Positions 25,001 to 39,173 of a stretch of DNA of 64,000 nucleotides are shown in pieces. Numbering within the stretch: position 1 is the first letter of the stretch; each line of letters opens with the position of its first letter. The DNA comes from Marsupella aquatica. Its lineage: Eukaryota; Plantae; Marchantiophyta. Under the pieces are notes generated by a model that was not told the DNA's origin, searched no databases, and saw only the letters and a program-made list of their open reading frames with translations. A program made the translations under genes and the position numbers. Where the stretch lies: NCBI GenBank assembly GCA_973895155.1, contig OZ316894.1, forward strand, positions 26,645,240 through 26,709,239. The letters run 5' to 3'.

Positions 25001-28000
25001 TGGAAGGATGGTGTTGAATCTCAGAATAAGCACGGGATGTTATGATTAAAACCAAGCAACAGCCCCTGTCATTTTGAAAAGTTTTCTAAAACTTAACGCT
25101 GTTTCGCTGTAGTGTGAAAATGGTCTTACGGCTAGTGCACTAAGAATTTGCAATATCTCAGGCGTTACGCATATAGTGGAGGTCAGAGAAGCTGATTACG
25201 TTCACCAGAAAGGCGTGTTTTTTTTCCTGTCCCGATGGCTATTTGATTATTAGGATATTGGAAAATCATCAACTTGGGTTGGGGCAGATGCTCCACTAAG
25301 CAGCGTTGAGTTTGTACAACAGTGTAGCATGCTCAGTTCTGCTTTGTAGTGGAAGGATTCGTGTGGACTTGGCTGGAACTGCTTCTGATAGTTGGAAGTG
25401 TGAAATGACTCACGCGTTGGGGTTCTTTAACACTAAGCTGTTTTTGATTACCGTCTTTTGCCACCATTTGGACTGTTGTCTGCGCATACACCTTTAACGT
25501 TTGCACAACTTGCAGGTCGGGAACTTTAGAGTTGAACCACCAGGCCTATTTCGTGGGCGTGGCGAACATCCCAAGGTAGAGTAGAGCTAATATTATTGAT
25601 TTGGTCAACGTTTTGATTGGTTTTGTATCGGAGTGAGTGTAAACCTGGAAATGAAGGATCTTACAAGTGCTAGGGAGCATGGAGTTTGGCCTCAGTATTC
25701 ACTGTGCTTGGATGCCATTTGCTGATACCTCCAATTTCTTCCACAGATGGGGAAGCTGAAGAAGAGAATTTTCCCGGAGAACATTGTCATCAATATTGGA
25801 AAAGGAGCACCCATTCCTGAATGTCCAATGCCTGGCCATAAGTACGTCTTTTCTCTTTTCCTTTTGCTATTTCTGGTTTTGTATAATGAATGCGAACCGA
25901 TGCCAAGTCCTGCTGTTGTTTGTGTGTTTTGTATTTGTTGCTTGGCGGAAGGTCTGGTGAGTGGAAGGGCGAGCTAGATTCCATTTTCCATGAGGTTTTG
26001 TGGGAAATTGCTAACGGTTGTTTCGTGCCTTGTACTCGTTTCTCCCTCTTTCCCAATGTCCTTATTGTGATATGAGGTGTAGGCTGTGGATGAAATCGTA
26101 TATCCTGAAAATGTTTCGTCTTGTTGATATAGTCACTTGGGCTGACAAGTTGTGTATGCATCGCTAATGTTGTCGGGGATGATTTTAGTACAACTTGTGG
26201 GTTTTAGAACTGATCGAAGGAGCTGCTTTTTGTTAAGACATAACGAATCGTGGGCCTGATAGGTGGCTCCAAGGACAAACGGATTCATTTGTATCCAGCT
26301 GACTGAAATGGGCACGTCAATTGGATTTGTTTGTGTCTCTTTGTAGATGGAAAGAAATACGGCATGACAACACAGTAACATGGTTGGCATTCTGGAACGA
26401 TCCAATCAACTCCAAAGAATTTAAGTACGTCTTCTTGGCTGCCAGTAGCAGCTTGAAAGGCCAAAGTGATATGGAGAAATATGAGAAGGCTCGCTTGCTG
26501 AAGGTAACAATGGTTTACTTGTAAACTTCCAGTGTTTTGATTCGTTTTGCTCATTGTCACTTTGTTTTCGTGGTCCATTTTTGTCTAACTCAATTTTACG
26601 TTGTCCTGTGTCTTATTGAAACTCATATTGCAACCTTTTGTGGAACAGGATCATATAGAAAATATTCGGAGGACATACACGAGAAACTTTAGCTCCTCAG
26701 ATCCTGCAACGAGGCAAATAGCTGTTGCAACTTATCTCATTGATCGACTTGCTCTTCGAGCTGGTAATGAGAAGGTGAGCTCCATTTTTTGTTAAGCAGG
26801 AAAGTTATCCTGGTTTCGTGAATCTGAAGAACTGCGATGGACGTGCCTTTCCGGGTCACATTCTGGGGAAAGCATGTAGCATTGTTTGCGTCTAGGGTGG
26901 TAGTTTCTCCGTGAAGGTTCGCAAAGCTAATTGTCTGGGAAAGGAAAAGGGAATACTAGATAGCAAAGCAAGTGTTTTCGTTGCAAGAATAATGCCATAT
27001 GTGATTTCACTTGAATCTGTTGTCCTCCACTTGAAATGAGCCCAGGATTAAATTGCTGTGACGGGGGCTTCCATCCTATTTAGTGAAAAAAAATTGAAAT
27101 TTCCATCCTGCTCTGTTTCAGGACGAAGATGAAGCAGACACTGTAGGCTGCTGTTCGTTAAAGGTGGAGCATGTGATTCTTGTACCACCAAGTTCTCTGA
27201 CGGTAGGTTAATGTTGTCGACGTTTGTTTGTGTTAATTCATGCTATATTTCACTGCACATCACTGGTGTAAACACAATATAGCTCGGTGGTGTTTGCACT
27301 TTAACGTTAAGCTTTTCTGGACAGAATAGTTTTTGTTGTCGATTTCCAAGATTCTGTTTTCAGTTTTTGCTAATTTTGTACTGCCTTGTCTGACAAAGAT
27401 GCTTAACATGGTCACTGGATGTTTTGCAACAGTTTGATTTTCTTGGAAAGGATTCCATCAGGTACTTCAATACGGTGGAGGTTGAAAACAAAGTGTACGC
27501 AGCAATTGGCGATTTTAAGAAAGGTGGAGAAACATTCCTGCCTCTTAACCGCTGAGACTTATCGTCACGCCGTTGTTGATGTGTTCTAGATTTCCGCAGT
27601 AAAAGTGAACGGATTACAGTGTATGCCCAATGTGCGCTTCCTTGCAGTAACTGTTTTTTAACAAATTGGGGTTTTCTCAAGTAGAAGGTCTTCGTCATTC
27701 GATTGGTTCTCTGGTGCCTCGAGCAGTATGGTGAGTATTTTTGGAGCTCAACCTTGTGTTTTCTGGATCGGCAGGTAAACGTACCGGAAATGATCTCTTC
27801 GACAAACTTGACACCAGTAAATTGAATCAGCACTTGAAAGGCATCATGCCAGCTCTCACTGCAAAGGTGTTTCGAACATACAATGCGTCGATCACCTTAG
27901 ATACACTTGTAAGTTCTTTTTAATGTTTTTTTCTATATCTCATGTCCGTTGCTCTTCCGCATGTCGAGAGTTTATGGTGTTGTATCTGGGAATTTGGTAC

Positions 28001-29380
28001 TAAGGATAAGTGTGATATTACAATCTAGTGTGAAGCCCTCTCTGCGGGCAAACTAAGTTTTTTTGCCCTTAATTGAATGGGTATGGCTATTAATTCGAAT
28101 GTAGATTTTGGAATAGTTCAAAGAGCGGCTGGTGAAGCCGAATTCTGAAGTATATCCTATGTTGATATTGCAGCTACAAGACACAGTTGGGAGCAATGTA
28201 CTAGAGAAAGTTGCTGACTATCAACGTGCTAACAAGGAGGTGAGGTTTCACAAGTTCATCATTTCACAGTAGCTTAGTGGTTCAGGTATATATCTTGGTT
28301 GTCCAAGTACGTGATCATGGGGACATCACTCACGATCTGTTATACGTCGTACGATGCATTCCTCTTAATTGCTTCTTGTATGAAATTTCTGTGAGGGCCA
28401 TCTTTTTTTCTTTGATTTTGAAGACCGTTGGATATTGTATTGAGAGTATTTTTTGTTGGAAAACTGCCCAGGTCGCTATATTGTGTAATCATCAACGGAC
28501 GGTGTCCAAGTCACATTCCTCTCAGATGGAAAAACTTGAGGCAAAGATGACAGAGGCCGAGGTAACGTTCGCAGTAGTCACATGCACCAAGGAGCTCATG
28601 ATATGGTTCGAGTCTTCGCATGCATTTCTATGTTCGAAATGTTTTCTGAGAGGTGTTGTCTTACGTATGAAACCAGGAACTGGTTCAGGAGATGAAGATA
28701 GATTTGGAAAGGGCCCGGAAAGGAAAGCCACCTCTAAAAGATTCTGACGGAAAGCCGAAAAAGATTGTATCAGCTGAATCGTAAGTACTTTCAGTTCTCA
28801 TATGTGATTGATGGCTGTGTGGATCATCGTTGCATGACTTGCATTCGTTTGGTGCATAGCTGGCTTGCTGTGGTTGAATATTAATCAATGTTCTTATCAT
28901 GTGCAGACTAGAAAAGAAAATTGCACAGGCAGAACAAAAGGTAGAGAAAATGAAGCTGGATATGAGGATTAAGGACGATTTGAAGACAGTCGCCCTTGGT
29001 ACCTCTAAGATAAACTACATGGATCCACGAATCTCTGTGGCATGGTGCAAAAGACACGAGGTTCCCATTGAGAAGGTAAGTGATAACTCCTGCTCCTAAT
29101 TTCTCCCTACAAAGACGCTCAATGGGTCTATTTTTGGTTCAAGCTGCTGTAGAGCTTCTGGTCATTGTCAAGCGTGAAAGGTACCTTGGATATCGACAGG
29201 ATATCTCAAGAAAATTCTCAGACATCAGTTGGCTGCTTGGGTATGTACCTAGTTTGGGCCGGATACTTGGGTGTTAAAATGACAAAACCATTTGGACGAT
29301 GAATGTGGCAGGTATTTAATAAGTCTCTGTTGGCAAAGTTTGCCTGGGCCATGGACGTGGAACCAGAGTACCGATTTTGA
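22028..29380 (+). CDS. TOP1: DNA topoisomerase IB, 15 coding exons (22028-23800, 24360-24554, 24856-24936, 25516-25575, 25747-25841, 26347-26503, 26649-26774, 27122-27202, 27433-27523, 27775-27908, 28174-28239, 28472-28561, 28677-28780, 28907-29075, 29312-29380)
   Basis: [85 protein letters not shown] (catalytic Tyr); GT-AG junctions with consistent phases. Start ATG 22028 is inferred. Confidence 0.96.
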
Positions 29381-30864
29381 GGATGGTGAGAAAAACCCGA
29401 AGAGGCGTTACTTCGTGGACGGTGCCCATATTGGGCACAGCTTGTACAATGTAAAAGTCATTCTTGGAACCACTGGAGCTGAAACTAGGGACAAGCGTTT
29501 TCGAATCGTGAACAGACTAACAGTTCTGGTGCATCATAATTTCTGAATGCGAAGTTCGGCTGCAAGGAGACCCATGGCGTTGAATGATCTGGAAAAAACA
29601 CTTGGACCAGTGATGAGGATCACACGGTTGGTTAGGCTGTGGGTTGCTTGGTTTGCCTCCTGGGATATATCGGAGGGTACAGAAGATTGAAGAACAGCAT
29701 TTCCTACATTATTTTCAATTCCAGTTGGTCTTGGAATGCTTGTGATAGATTGGTATAGGGTAGACTATGGCCTGCAAATGGGCCATTTGTAAAGTTCTCG
29801 GATCCCACCTGAAGCTCACTCATTTGAAACGATGGCAAAACAATTGCCGAAGTAGAAGGATAGGGTATCATTTGTTTCGATGCTATCCTCAATAAGATCC
29901 AGCGCGTGATAAGAAGATAGTCATGCTGTTGTGTTTCTCAGCTCAGTGTTTCCTGGGGCTTCTATTGATTGAACTGCACCACTAGAAGTCTTCATGGCCA
30001 AGTCGAAGGGGAAAACTGGCCTTGTGACAGTTCTTAAATATCTCTCCCGCTATGAGATCATTAGATCCCCGAGACATGGACAGATACGACAGTCTTGATG
30101 ATCTCTGCTTAGTGTTAGGAGGCAAAGCGTCAGCTGTAGTGTTGTAGTCAAATGGCAGCCCAAGTGCGTCAAGGTATATCTCCTGTGAATTTTGGTCTGC
30201 TAGTCTTCTAGCACATGCGAAGCTATGTCTTGATGCACGTGGGCTCCCATTTTGAGTAGATTCGCTTAACCTGAAAGAAATTACGACACGCTTGACACTC
30301 AGTGGCATTAGAGGATGTTCAGGTTCATTGAGGTTGTTGCTAAGTTCTTCCTACTATTCCACACCTTGCCAGAGGACTAGCGGCAAACAAGGTCAGTATG
30401 GGCACTGCACGAAGTACTTGAATTATGTAAGGATGTTCATCCGTGAAGCTGGGCGTATTAGTCGCTTTGCAGCTAGGGGCGTCTGCTTTTCCGAAGTTTC
30501 AAATCTGTAGATGTTTTAGATCCTTACGAAAGGTGCAAGGAGGTGTCTTAGTTTGCGGTGGAATGTTCTGCTTCCCATGGAAATACTTTCGTTCTTAAGC
30601 TTCATGAGGCTCGTAGGTGTGTATTGCCTCTCTGTTGGTCAAAGCTACATTTGGAAGACAGCATTTGTGTGTGTGTGGGGGGTGGAGGCAGGGGTCAGCA
30701 AGCAAGTAGGCAACAGTATCGTGAGCATTTTTGAGGGTGAAAATGGTGAGGACAGTCATTAAGATTGATATAGCTTCCTTCGGTTAGCACCTGGGAGAAG
30801 GATGTCAGGTCATGCTAGATTTGCAGAGAATGTTTTGGAGATGCACCGTCCTCTTGATGGTGGT

Positions 30865-30891
30865 CCTAAACCCTAAACCCTAAACCCTAAA
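30865..30891. repeat. Short interstitial plant telomere-type repeat (CCCTAAA) x ~4
   Basis: cctaaaccctaaaccctaaaccctaaa. Confidence 0.8.
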
Positions 30892-33204
30892 GTCCGGATA
30901 TCCTGGAGCCTCATTTGGATGAGTGGTGTACAACTTTGGGGACTTTTGCCTTTGATTTCTCGTCTCATGCAATTAGAGCATCTCCAGTAGTGACCTGGTT
31001 TGTACCTGTTATATGCAAACACTAGACCTAGTCATATACACAAAACAGTCTTACTCAAACACCGTCCTTGAGTATGTGGGTCACTAGCAAGACCTATGCA
31101 CATGTGCAACAGTTTTACTCAGCAAGTGGTGCAAACGTCAGGCTTGAAAGACGCCTTTACTGAGATTGCTTTGGTGAATTAGTAACATGCTATCCCTCTT
31201 GCTTGACTTCCAAGCTCAATCCTGATTGCACTCCCTCAATCCATCTCACTCCACCACTACTTAAGTCTTCCTGCACAAAGTTAGTGTGCTATCTGTGAAT
31301 TTGCACGTCTCCCCCATCGTGCTTAGTGAGTGAGCTCAAGTAAGCTCTTGTAAGCAAGTGAGCCCGTGCAATGTAGACCACAAACTCTACTTGACTAACT
31401 CTCCCACTTCCGAAGCCTAGCCCTACGCACTATGTCAACTTGCATCCGCACAGGTTTCCGCTAGGTAGGCCACTATTTTGAATATCCCTCCCTCCAAGAG
31501 TACAACCCGCTTACAGCCACTTTGTTTTTGCCCTTGTTTGTCCTGCGAAAGCTTCCCGTCCCCAGAGAATGCCAAAATAGCAACCTGACCAATGCCTTAG
31601 TACCCCTGACTTAGGTGTGGCTTTCTGACCCACTGTTCGGCTCCTTTTCTCTTGTTTGGGCATGTGTGACCCATTGTTTGTTCCTTGTTTCTTGTTGGGG
31701 CGTGCTGTCGGCTTCCACATCCCCATCCAAATCTGAGCCCTTGAGTTGGGCCAGAAAGGAAGAGACCTGGGCCTTCAGCGGTCTGTTTGCGCTCGTCCAT
31801 ATAGGTGCATTGGCCTTGCTGCCCAACCTGTGTGGCAAGGCCAAGGTTTGGGATGCCTGGGGGGCTGCGGGGTTAGTAGCCTGAGTTCATGCTTGAGCTC
31901 ATGCCGAACTAGCTACTGTAGTTCTCACCCTAAGTTTCTATGGTCTGATGTCGCTTGTTCACCCACCCGACTCGAAGCTTGGGGATGTGAAAGAATTGCG
32001 CACGTTGTTACCCGCAAGAGCCCTCTAAGCTAAACATGTCAAGCAGTCTAGGGCTTTGACAACTCAGTACATTACATTTTGACAGATTATATATCTAACC
32101 TAAGATTATTCTTGAAAATTTGAATCTGCCATGTGATGAATCCACTTTTCATATTTTGTCTTGTTGATCATAATTTTTGTGTCATATATTTTTATTATGT
32201 GCCTTGTCAAGGGGCATACTTTGTATCATATAGATTTTTAATTAATTTTTAGAAATCTTTAATTTTTAGTATTCTAAATAATTTTGAACTTATTTTAGCA
32301 GCCCTCTTAATTTTTAGACTTTGGTATCTCTTAGATTTGAAGTGTCTGGAAACCACTAGCTTTAATTTTTACCACTTCAACAAAGTTTTTAACTCTTGTG
32401 AGTGAGAGAAATGATTGTAATGGAACATGAACATTGTGAGTGAGAGAAATGATTGGAATGGAATATGAACACATTGTGTCTTACCTTCCCCCATGGCTTT
32501 CTTTCCCTCATGGCTTTCTTTCCTAAGTTTATGATTTTTATTGAATTGAGTGTCATTAATAAGGCACATTGCATTAAATAGTGCACAGATGGTAGCACCT
32601 TGTGTCATAGAACTTGACTTGACTTTTCATTGGTCATTCACTATATGCTTTTCTTTGTATGTGCTCTACTTATATTATTTTATCCCACTTGGACTATGTA
32701 TCCTAGTTCTACTCTCTTATTTTATCCATTTATAGATCACTAAAGGATAAAAATCAAGCATGCTCCAAGATGAGCATGCTATATATTGCTTGTTCCTGAA
32801 TGAGTTGGAATTTGGCATGGGGCCTATCTGGCAGAATACTGGGGTTGCAATTGTGTCAGATAGGCGGCATACCACCTCTCTACCAACACGTGGTCTGGGT
32901 TCAGCACAATAGGGCGTGTCACAGCACTGCAGTAAGCAAGGTCTTACAGTTGTGACTTTTTGGACATACTATCCTTACAGGGCACATATTTAAGTAGCCT
33001 GTAATGTTTCTGCCCTAGTCATAAAGCACTTTTGTCCTTGGCCCTATCTCAATTTAGGGTTTAAAGCAATGAGAATGAGTTTCCCCATGCTTCACATGAG
33101 AGAAAGAATGACATCTGAGTGTCACAACCCTGGCCAAATCACTAGACACTTGCTTCTGTGCTATATCCCCTCGTGTTGGGGAAACTCATTCTCTAAAGTC
33201 AAGC

Positions 33205-33320
33205 TAACCCAAGCAGTAGTACTACTTGTGTACATGCTCCACATCTTCTCCAGGAAACTCATTCTCTTAGGTTGAGCTGACCAAGCAGTACTACTTGCGC
33301 ACATGCTCCATATCTCCTCT
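33205..33320. repeat. Short imperfect tandem duplication (~70 bp)
   Basis: ACCCAAGCAGTAGTACTACTTGTGTACATGCTCCACATCT and ACCAAGCAGTACTACTTGCGCACATGCTCCATATCT. Confidence 0.7.
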
Positions 33321-34541
33321 GTGTGCGGAGATGGAGTAGGTTGGAAAATGGAACACACCTGTTTGGTTGGAATTGGTCATTGGACGTTAAGTCTTGCCTG
33401 TGGTTAATGTAAATTAGCGGTTTTTTATAAGTGTTACTATGATACCAAGTATACTGATATGACACGGTAGATGACGCACTAACCTCTGCCCTAAAGGTGA
33501 ACCTGAACAAAATCCAGCTAAATTCCTGGTCTTTCTTCGTAGATTTGGAGGCCCTGTCAACACTCTTTATCATGAAGTTTGCAAAAGTTGTTCTTTCCAT
33601 CGCCTTCAGCTTTTCTTGGCGGCTGCTTTAAAGTCATGGTTTTACAGAGTAATTTAAAGAGTAAGGAGACATTACGAGACAACTTCAGGAAGAGCTACAA
33701 AATGGTTTTCTGTTTACGGAGAGGATACAAGCTTTGAATCACTGATAAGGAGAATGACCACCCTTCACAAACGTCCCGCCCAACGTTTCCTTAGGATGCA
33801 GGTCATGAAAAATCTTCATCTGTGGACAACAATAGCGAAGTTCAAAGCTTAAAGTCCTCGTGGAAGGCCAAGCTTTACTTTCGGATGACTTCATTGTATT
33901 GCTCTCTACGTAGTGGTGCGGTACACTGTCAACATCTTTACGCAAATTGAATGAGTCTGGTCCGGCAGATCGAAGTCCTTTAGCATGCTCTCCGCACAAG
34001 AAACAATATCTTAGCTCGGACTTAGACCCATACACTTTTGGCAGACAAGTTAGTGCAGAACATCAGGGCCACTCACTTGCTAATCTCAGCTGCTTGCTTC
34101 AGATTGGAGGTTCTCTGCCTGCTCAAATAATGTAGGCTACCTTCTAAACGGCTTCAATTAGGAAATATCAACCCTTCTGTATGATAAAAAATTGGTGATG
34201 GAGACAGGACTGGTCTCCAACACCAATTTGGAAAACCAGCATATCAAACTATAACACGAAATTGAGATGAGGGGAACAGCAAAATCAGGACTTCTCATAT
34301 TAAAAGACTTCGCTAGTCTCCAGTATGAGGGCTGCCAAATAGGAATAAGTCTCAATCAAAGTAATGGATATTGACATTAACTCCGGGACTCAGTCTATAT
34401 AACACATCAACTTACCATAGCCCAAACTAGAAATCTCATGAAGACAGGTTGCACAGCAAGATGCTTCTTTTTTCATGTAGGGCCTTTTGTTGGTCGTCAA
34501 ACAGAGCAGATGTCGATTACGAACACCAATTAACGTTCCAA

Positions 34542-37500
34542 CTAGTCATTCATCGCCTCAGTTACAACAGGTTTTGAGCCATCATTAGAATCTGGGCACA
34601 TATTCAAAGCATAGTTCAGTACAGGGAAAAAGCCGAGAGTGTGGATTTGTCTGCACATTATGCCTACGAATGAGCTCAGGAACAGCTAGAACAATACTTG
34701 ATAGGAGATCAAAATTCTGGTCCCAAGAGGACAAAGAGTACACTTTTAATTCAGATAAAAAGTCCCACAGAATGCGGGTCTAGCTTGTCAGGAGATGGGA
34801 AGGACAAGTCCTTAGGTCACAGCAATGAATTTGTTGCAAACCTTGAGTGCATGCTGTGAAAGGAGATTGCATCCTGTCTACTGAAATCCACAAGCCGCCT
34901 TTCATCTGGGTAGATATATTCTGTAATCTGGGTAGATTACAGAAAGAAGATAAAATCCGAAAAGTAATACATATGAGAAGGGCTGTGCTACCTTCGTCGT
35001 CTTCTGAATCTTTGTCTGCAGCTTGTGGATCTCTAGAAGGCCGGGGAGCAAACCAGCTGTTTGCAGCAGCTCTACTTCGTCTTGGCGCTTCAACGATATT
35101 GCTGCGTTCAATACCATCCAAATCCCTTTTTGTCTCCAGGCGTGCCTTCACCTTTTTCATCTCTGCACGAAAATTTAGTTGGTATCACTTGTTGATAAAC
35201 CTAAAGAGCATTGACCTCCTGCGCAATATAAAACAAGTCGACGACATCCCAAGACTCTTGTCCGGCTGGCGTGATCTACAGAGCACTAGTGCTCCACCAC
35301 AAGCATTAAACTAAAAAGCCAGAAAGGCTGAGCACTTCAGGTTCCTCGGCTTGAAACATTGGAATCTCAATTGTTTTGTAACTTCATTTGAATAACTTCA
35401 TTTACTCTTCAGTAGATCCAACCCGGTCAAGCACATTAATTCGTCTTATACCTTTCTCAGTGGGATTTGATGATAATCCTTCTTGGGCTAGTCTGGTCTC
35501 CAGCTCTTTAATCAAGACTTCTTCTCGCTCATGCTCTGGGGCCTGCTTGGCCTTTTTATACACGATTGGAGATACCCTGAAAAGCGCTTTTCCGGAACGT
35601 CAATTTCTTTATTTAGAATGGGTGAGTTTCGTTTCATATATTCGTCTATGCCAATTGCACATCCTAAACAACAACGAGCTACTTCTTCAGCAAATTTATG
35701 AGTTTGAAGGCACCGTCATCGGTGCAAGGCCATGATTAACACCCGTGTACTCAAACTAGCAATACTCAATCCATGAACCTTCAAAAATTAACAAGGCGGG
35801 CTTCCTACACGTATTCAAAAGTCAAATCCATCTCAAAAAAGGCCTTCTTCGTTTCGAGCACTGGGCCATATGAATATAAGAGTTCATACAGGAGACTATG
35901 CTACGTACCCTATTCCAACGAATTTCAAGATCTTCCTTAAACGTTCAACCTTGGCAGTAAATGTTCGCTTCGCATCAGTGCTGTTTTCAACAACCACAAG
36001 CTTTGTCTTCACTTCATTATTTTTCTTCCTTCGCTTTTTTAGCTGCACATGTAACAATGTCAGAGGCAGTACCAATCGTACACCTTGTTATATCACACTG
36101 CTCCTACTTTCCGCTATGCATGTCTGGAAGACGAATAAAAATAACAATGACGACCCCTGGACTGCACCATTCATCTCGTAAAGTGATCCAATGCATACGA
36201 ACTTGTGAGTGAGGGAAGGTGAAGAATTATTTTTACCTTATTTAGCCTTTTTTCATCAGAGAACTGTACGAGAACTGTATTTCCTTGCTTTTTCTCCTCG
36301 CCAACTTCAATCGCCTCAACAAGAGCGCTGCCCATGGAAGATTTGCCCTCCGTGCCTTTCGGTCTTCCTTTACTCTTTCCTAGAGCTTCCTCCTCTTGTT
36401 TGTGCTCCCCTTTCCATCGATCAATCTTTGGTTCCTCACTGGCAGCTCCTAGCAACTGTTAGCAACTTGTCAACGCTTTAGCAAGGAAAAGAGGGACCCA
36501 AAATGACATCTCGGAGGAAGTTAACCAAAAGCAGAGCACAGAATTTGGAAATGGGAATGTGAACCTCATCAACAAGCGTTCGTATGAACTGCTTATGGAC
36601 CTTCAATCCATCTCGCTCCAGTCCAAGATCATCTTCTAGTAAGTGCCTCACATTCGTCACAGTAAGGGTCCTGTGCGCCATCAACAGAATCTGACTCATA
36701 AAAAGCGTGATTTTTAACAGAGTATTGAAATTATGCATGCCCTGAGTAAAAACTGATGCACCCTTTGGAGTTTACTTCGATGAGATACATTTCAGCATAA
36801 AATCCTTACTCTGCTTGAGACTTCAGTTCAGCTGCTCGTCTCGACAGGGCTACCCTGACAGCATCCTCAGTAGTGTGTGTTAAGTTTGCCTGTGAAGTCT
36901 CCTCTGTGTCTTCGTCACAGTCTTTCTGCCGGATTGTTCCCTCATTACTTTTAGCGAAGGTTTCCTCCGCTTCTCCTTCATCCTCTGGTATCACCTTGTC
37001 TTCCTTGCTGGGGCCCTCTTGAACAGGCCCATGCTTCTCAGATTGCATCTCTGTACTGCCCTGCCTGTCAGGCATTTCTGCATCTTGCCCTCCATCTTTA
37101 ACTCCCGGATTGTCTTCATCCTCAGAATCATCCAAATTGGTTTTGGTTGGTTTCTCCTTGTCCACATATAGAAAATTTCTTATTTTGTTAGTGTTCCCAT
37201 CAACGGTGGGAGTTTCCAGTTCCTCATCCTGTAAATCTTCTACTACCCTCGAGTTTTTCTTTCTTCTCTTTTTCGCCTCTTCCGGGACAGCATCCTGATC
37301 GTCAGCGTCATTGAAGGTCTCGTTGAGGACCTATTCACGAAATTGAAAGGATAAGACGATGTGCAGATTAAACGATGAGTCCAGAATTTATTTTTTGGGG
37401 GGAAACAAGCATGAGTCCACTATTCCCATCAAACTAATTTCAGGGGCAATAACAAGGAAAAACTGTTAATAATTTCCCATAATTTTCATAGGTCCCCGTG

Positions 37501-39173
37501 TATTGACAAATAGTCCCCAAAGTAGTTTGAAAACTCATTTCTGGGGCCATCAAAATAAACGTACAAAGATGAGAAGATTATTAGAGGGATACTCTTCGAA
37601 ACTTATGACAATGACTTTGAATTGGACCATGGATTAGAGTTTGGTTGTGAAAATCGGAGCTTGAAAAATATGAGCTCAATCTGGGCAATTGAGCTCGAAA
37701 GACGATGAATTTCAGAGGGGCAACCCTTCAAGACAATAGATCTAGTTCAGGAAAACCCAGTGATTTTGGATGAGGGCGTGCGTTAGAACTGGAAAGGTGG
37801 CTAGTTGGTACCAGTATCAAAAACCTGGTAACTGAATACAGTAACAATTAGACCCAGCAGTAGAAAGATTGGCTTACACATGTTTATCGATTATACAACG
37901 GCCGAGAAGCATCTAGGTTGAAGACACAAGATTGCCATCTGTAAAGAGTGCTTCAGAAGCACTAAACCTTTCGAAGATGCGAAAACTTGATTCAGATCGA
38001 AGACTCAAATTGACTTAAGGGATTGAGCCACATCAGATCGTTTGCACGATATAGGCACTTTGGTACCTTGTCCACGAGCCCCTTTATCACAGCTTTGTGT
38101 TCTTCCAGATACAGGTCGTGAAGTCCCAGATCTCTTTCTAGAAGCCGTCTCACAGATGAGAGAGTCAGGTGACTGCCAGTCAGAGCCACAAATCAGCGCC
38201 ATATCGAGTTAGCAGACAGCAGAGGTCCTTTAAATTAATTTTCGCAGAGTCCACACAACTGAGCAGTTTCCTTCCAACTACAACACAAAATGCTGCACTC
38301 CCAACAAGCCAGAGGGTTAACCAAGCTGGAGCTCTCAACTTCAAAGACTATGCCTCTCCATGAACAATCTTATAATACATGTCCAACGGTGCCCGGACAA
38401 GATTCGTATGAGAGGTTTTGTTCTAGTGCAGAGGAGTTTAATTGTCCGCATCCTTGAGGCAGCGCAAAAATCCAAGAATCAAATTGACTTCAAGTAAACG
38501 TAGATAGTTTGTAGAGTTCGTCTATAACAGTCAATTTTTCTCTGATGGGGACTGCCTGTACTTATTCTGTCCGCATTATTCTGAAACGAATCAATCTTTG
38601 TCACGATGTCTTATCCCCTGCCCAGTTCCAGCTGTGCAGGGTTGGTTCCCCTGGCAGGAAAAGGAAAGCGCGTATTTAACCGAAGGCTTCAATTGCGAAT
38701 TCCAAGGTCACTCCCGTGGTTATGAACGTTTAAAAGGACGATGCTCTTCAGTAGTCTTTCTCGTAAGCAGGAACAAACAGCCACTCGAAAAATCAAAGCA
38801 TAACGAAACACTGCATATGACAGAAACTAATCTACTCTCTAGGGTTTGCATTCAAATTACTGCAAGAATAGTTGGCTGGACACAAATGGAAAGGGAAGAT
38901 TTGCGCCAGTCAATTTAACTTGTTAACAGCGATTTAGTACTGTTTTATCTCTTTTATGAACGATTCCCCCTTCACCGCATTTGGCAGAATGGCCGAGAAA
39001 AGGCAAAGAACCACAAAACAAACAAACGAGAAAGCAGGATAGACATCAGCGGGAGTAGCCAACACTCACTCAGATTGCCCCTTGATGTACGGCGCACGGA
39101 GCTGAATAGCGCGCGAGAGAGAGCTCTCCAATTCGGCGGTGGCGGGATCTTCATTCTCCTGCTGCTGCGCCAT
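34542..39173 (-). CDS. DEK-C repeat / HIRIP3(CHZ)-like histone chaperone, 9 exons (39070-39173, 38067-38172, 36810-37330, 36565-36670, 36237-36455, 35909-36042, 35452-35576, 34992-35162, 34542-34591)
   Basis: Two DEK-C-like units (LTLSSVRRLLERDLGL..., LTVTNVRHLLEDDLGL...), acidic/basic linkers and the C-terminal DLDGIERSNIVEAPRR motif; GT-AG junctions keep frame from MAQQQENE to ...AMND*. Confidence 0.8.
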
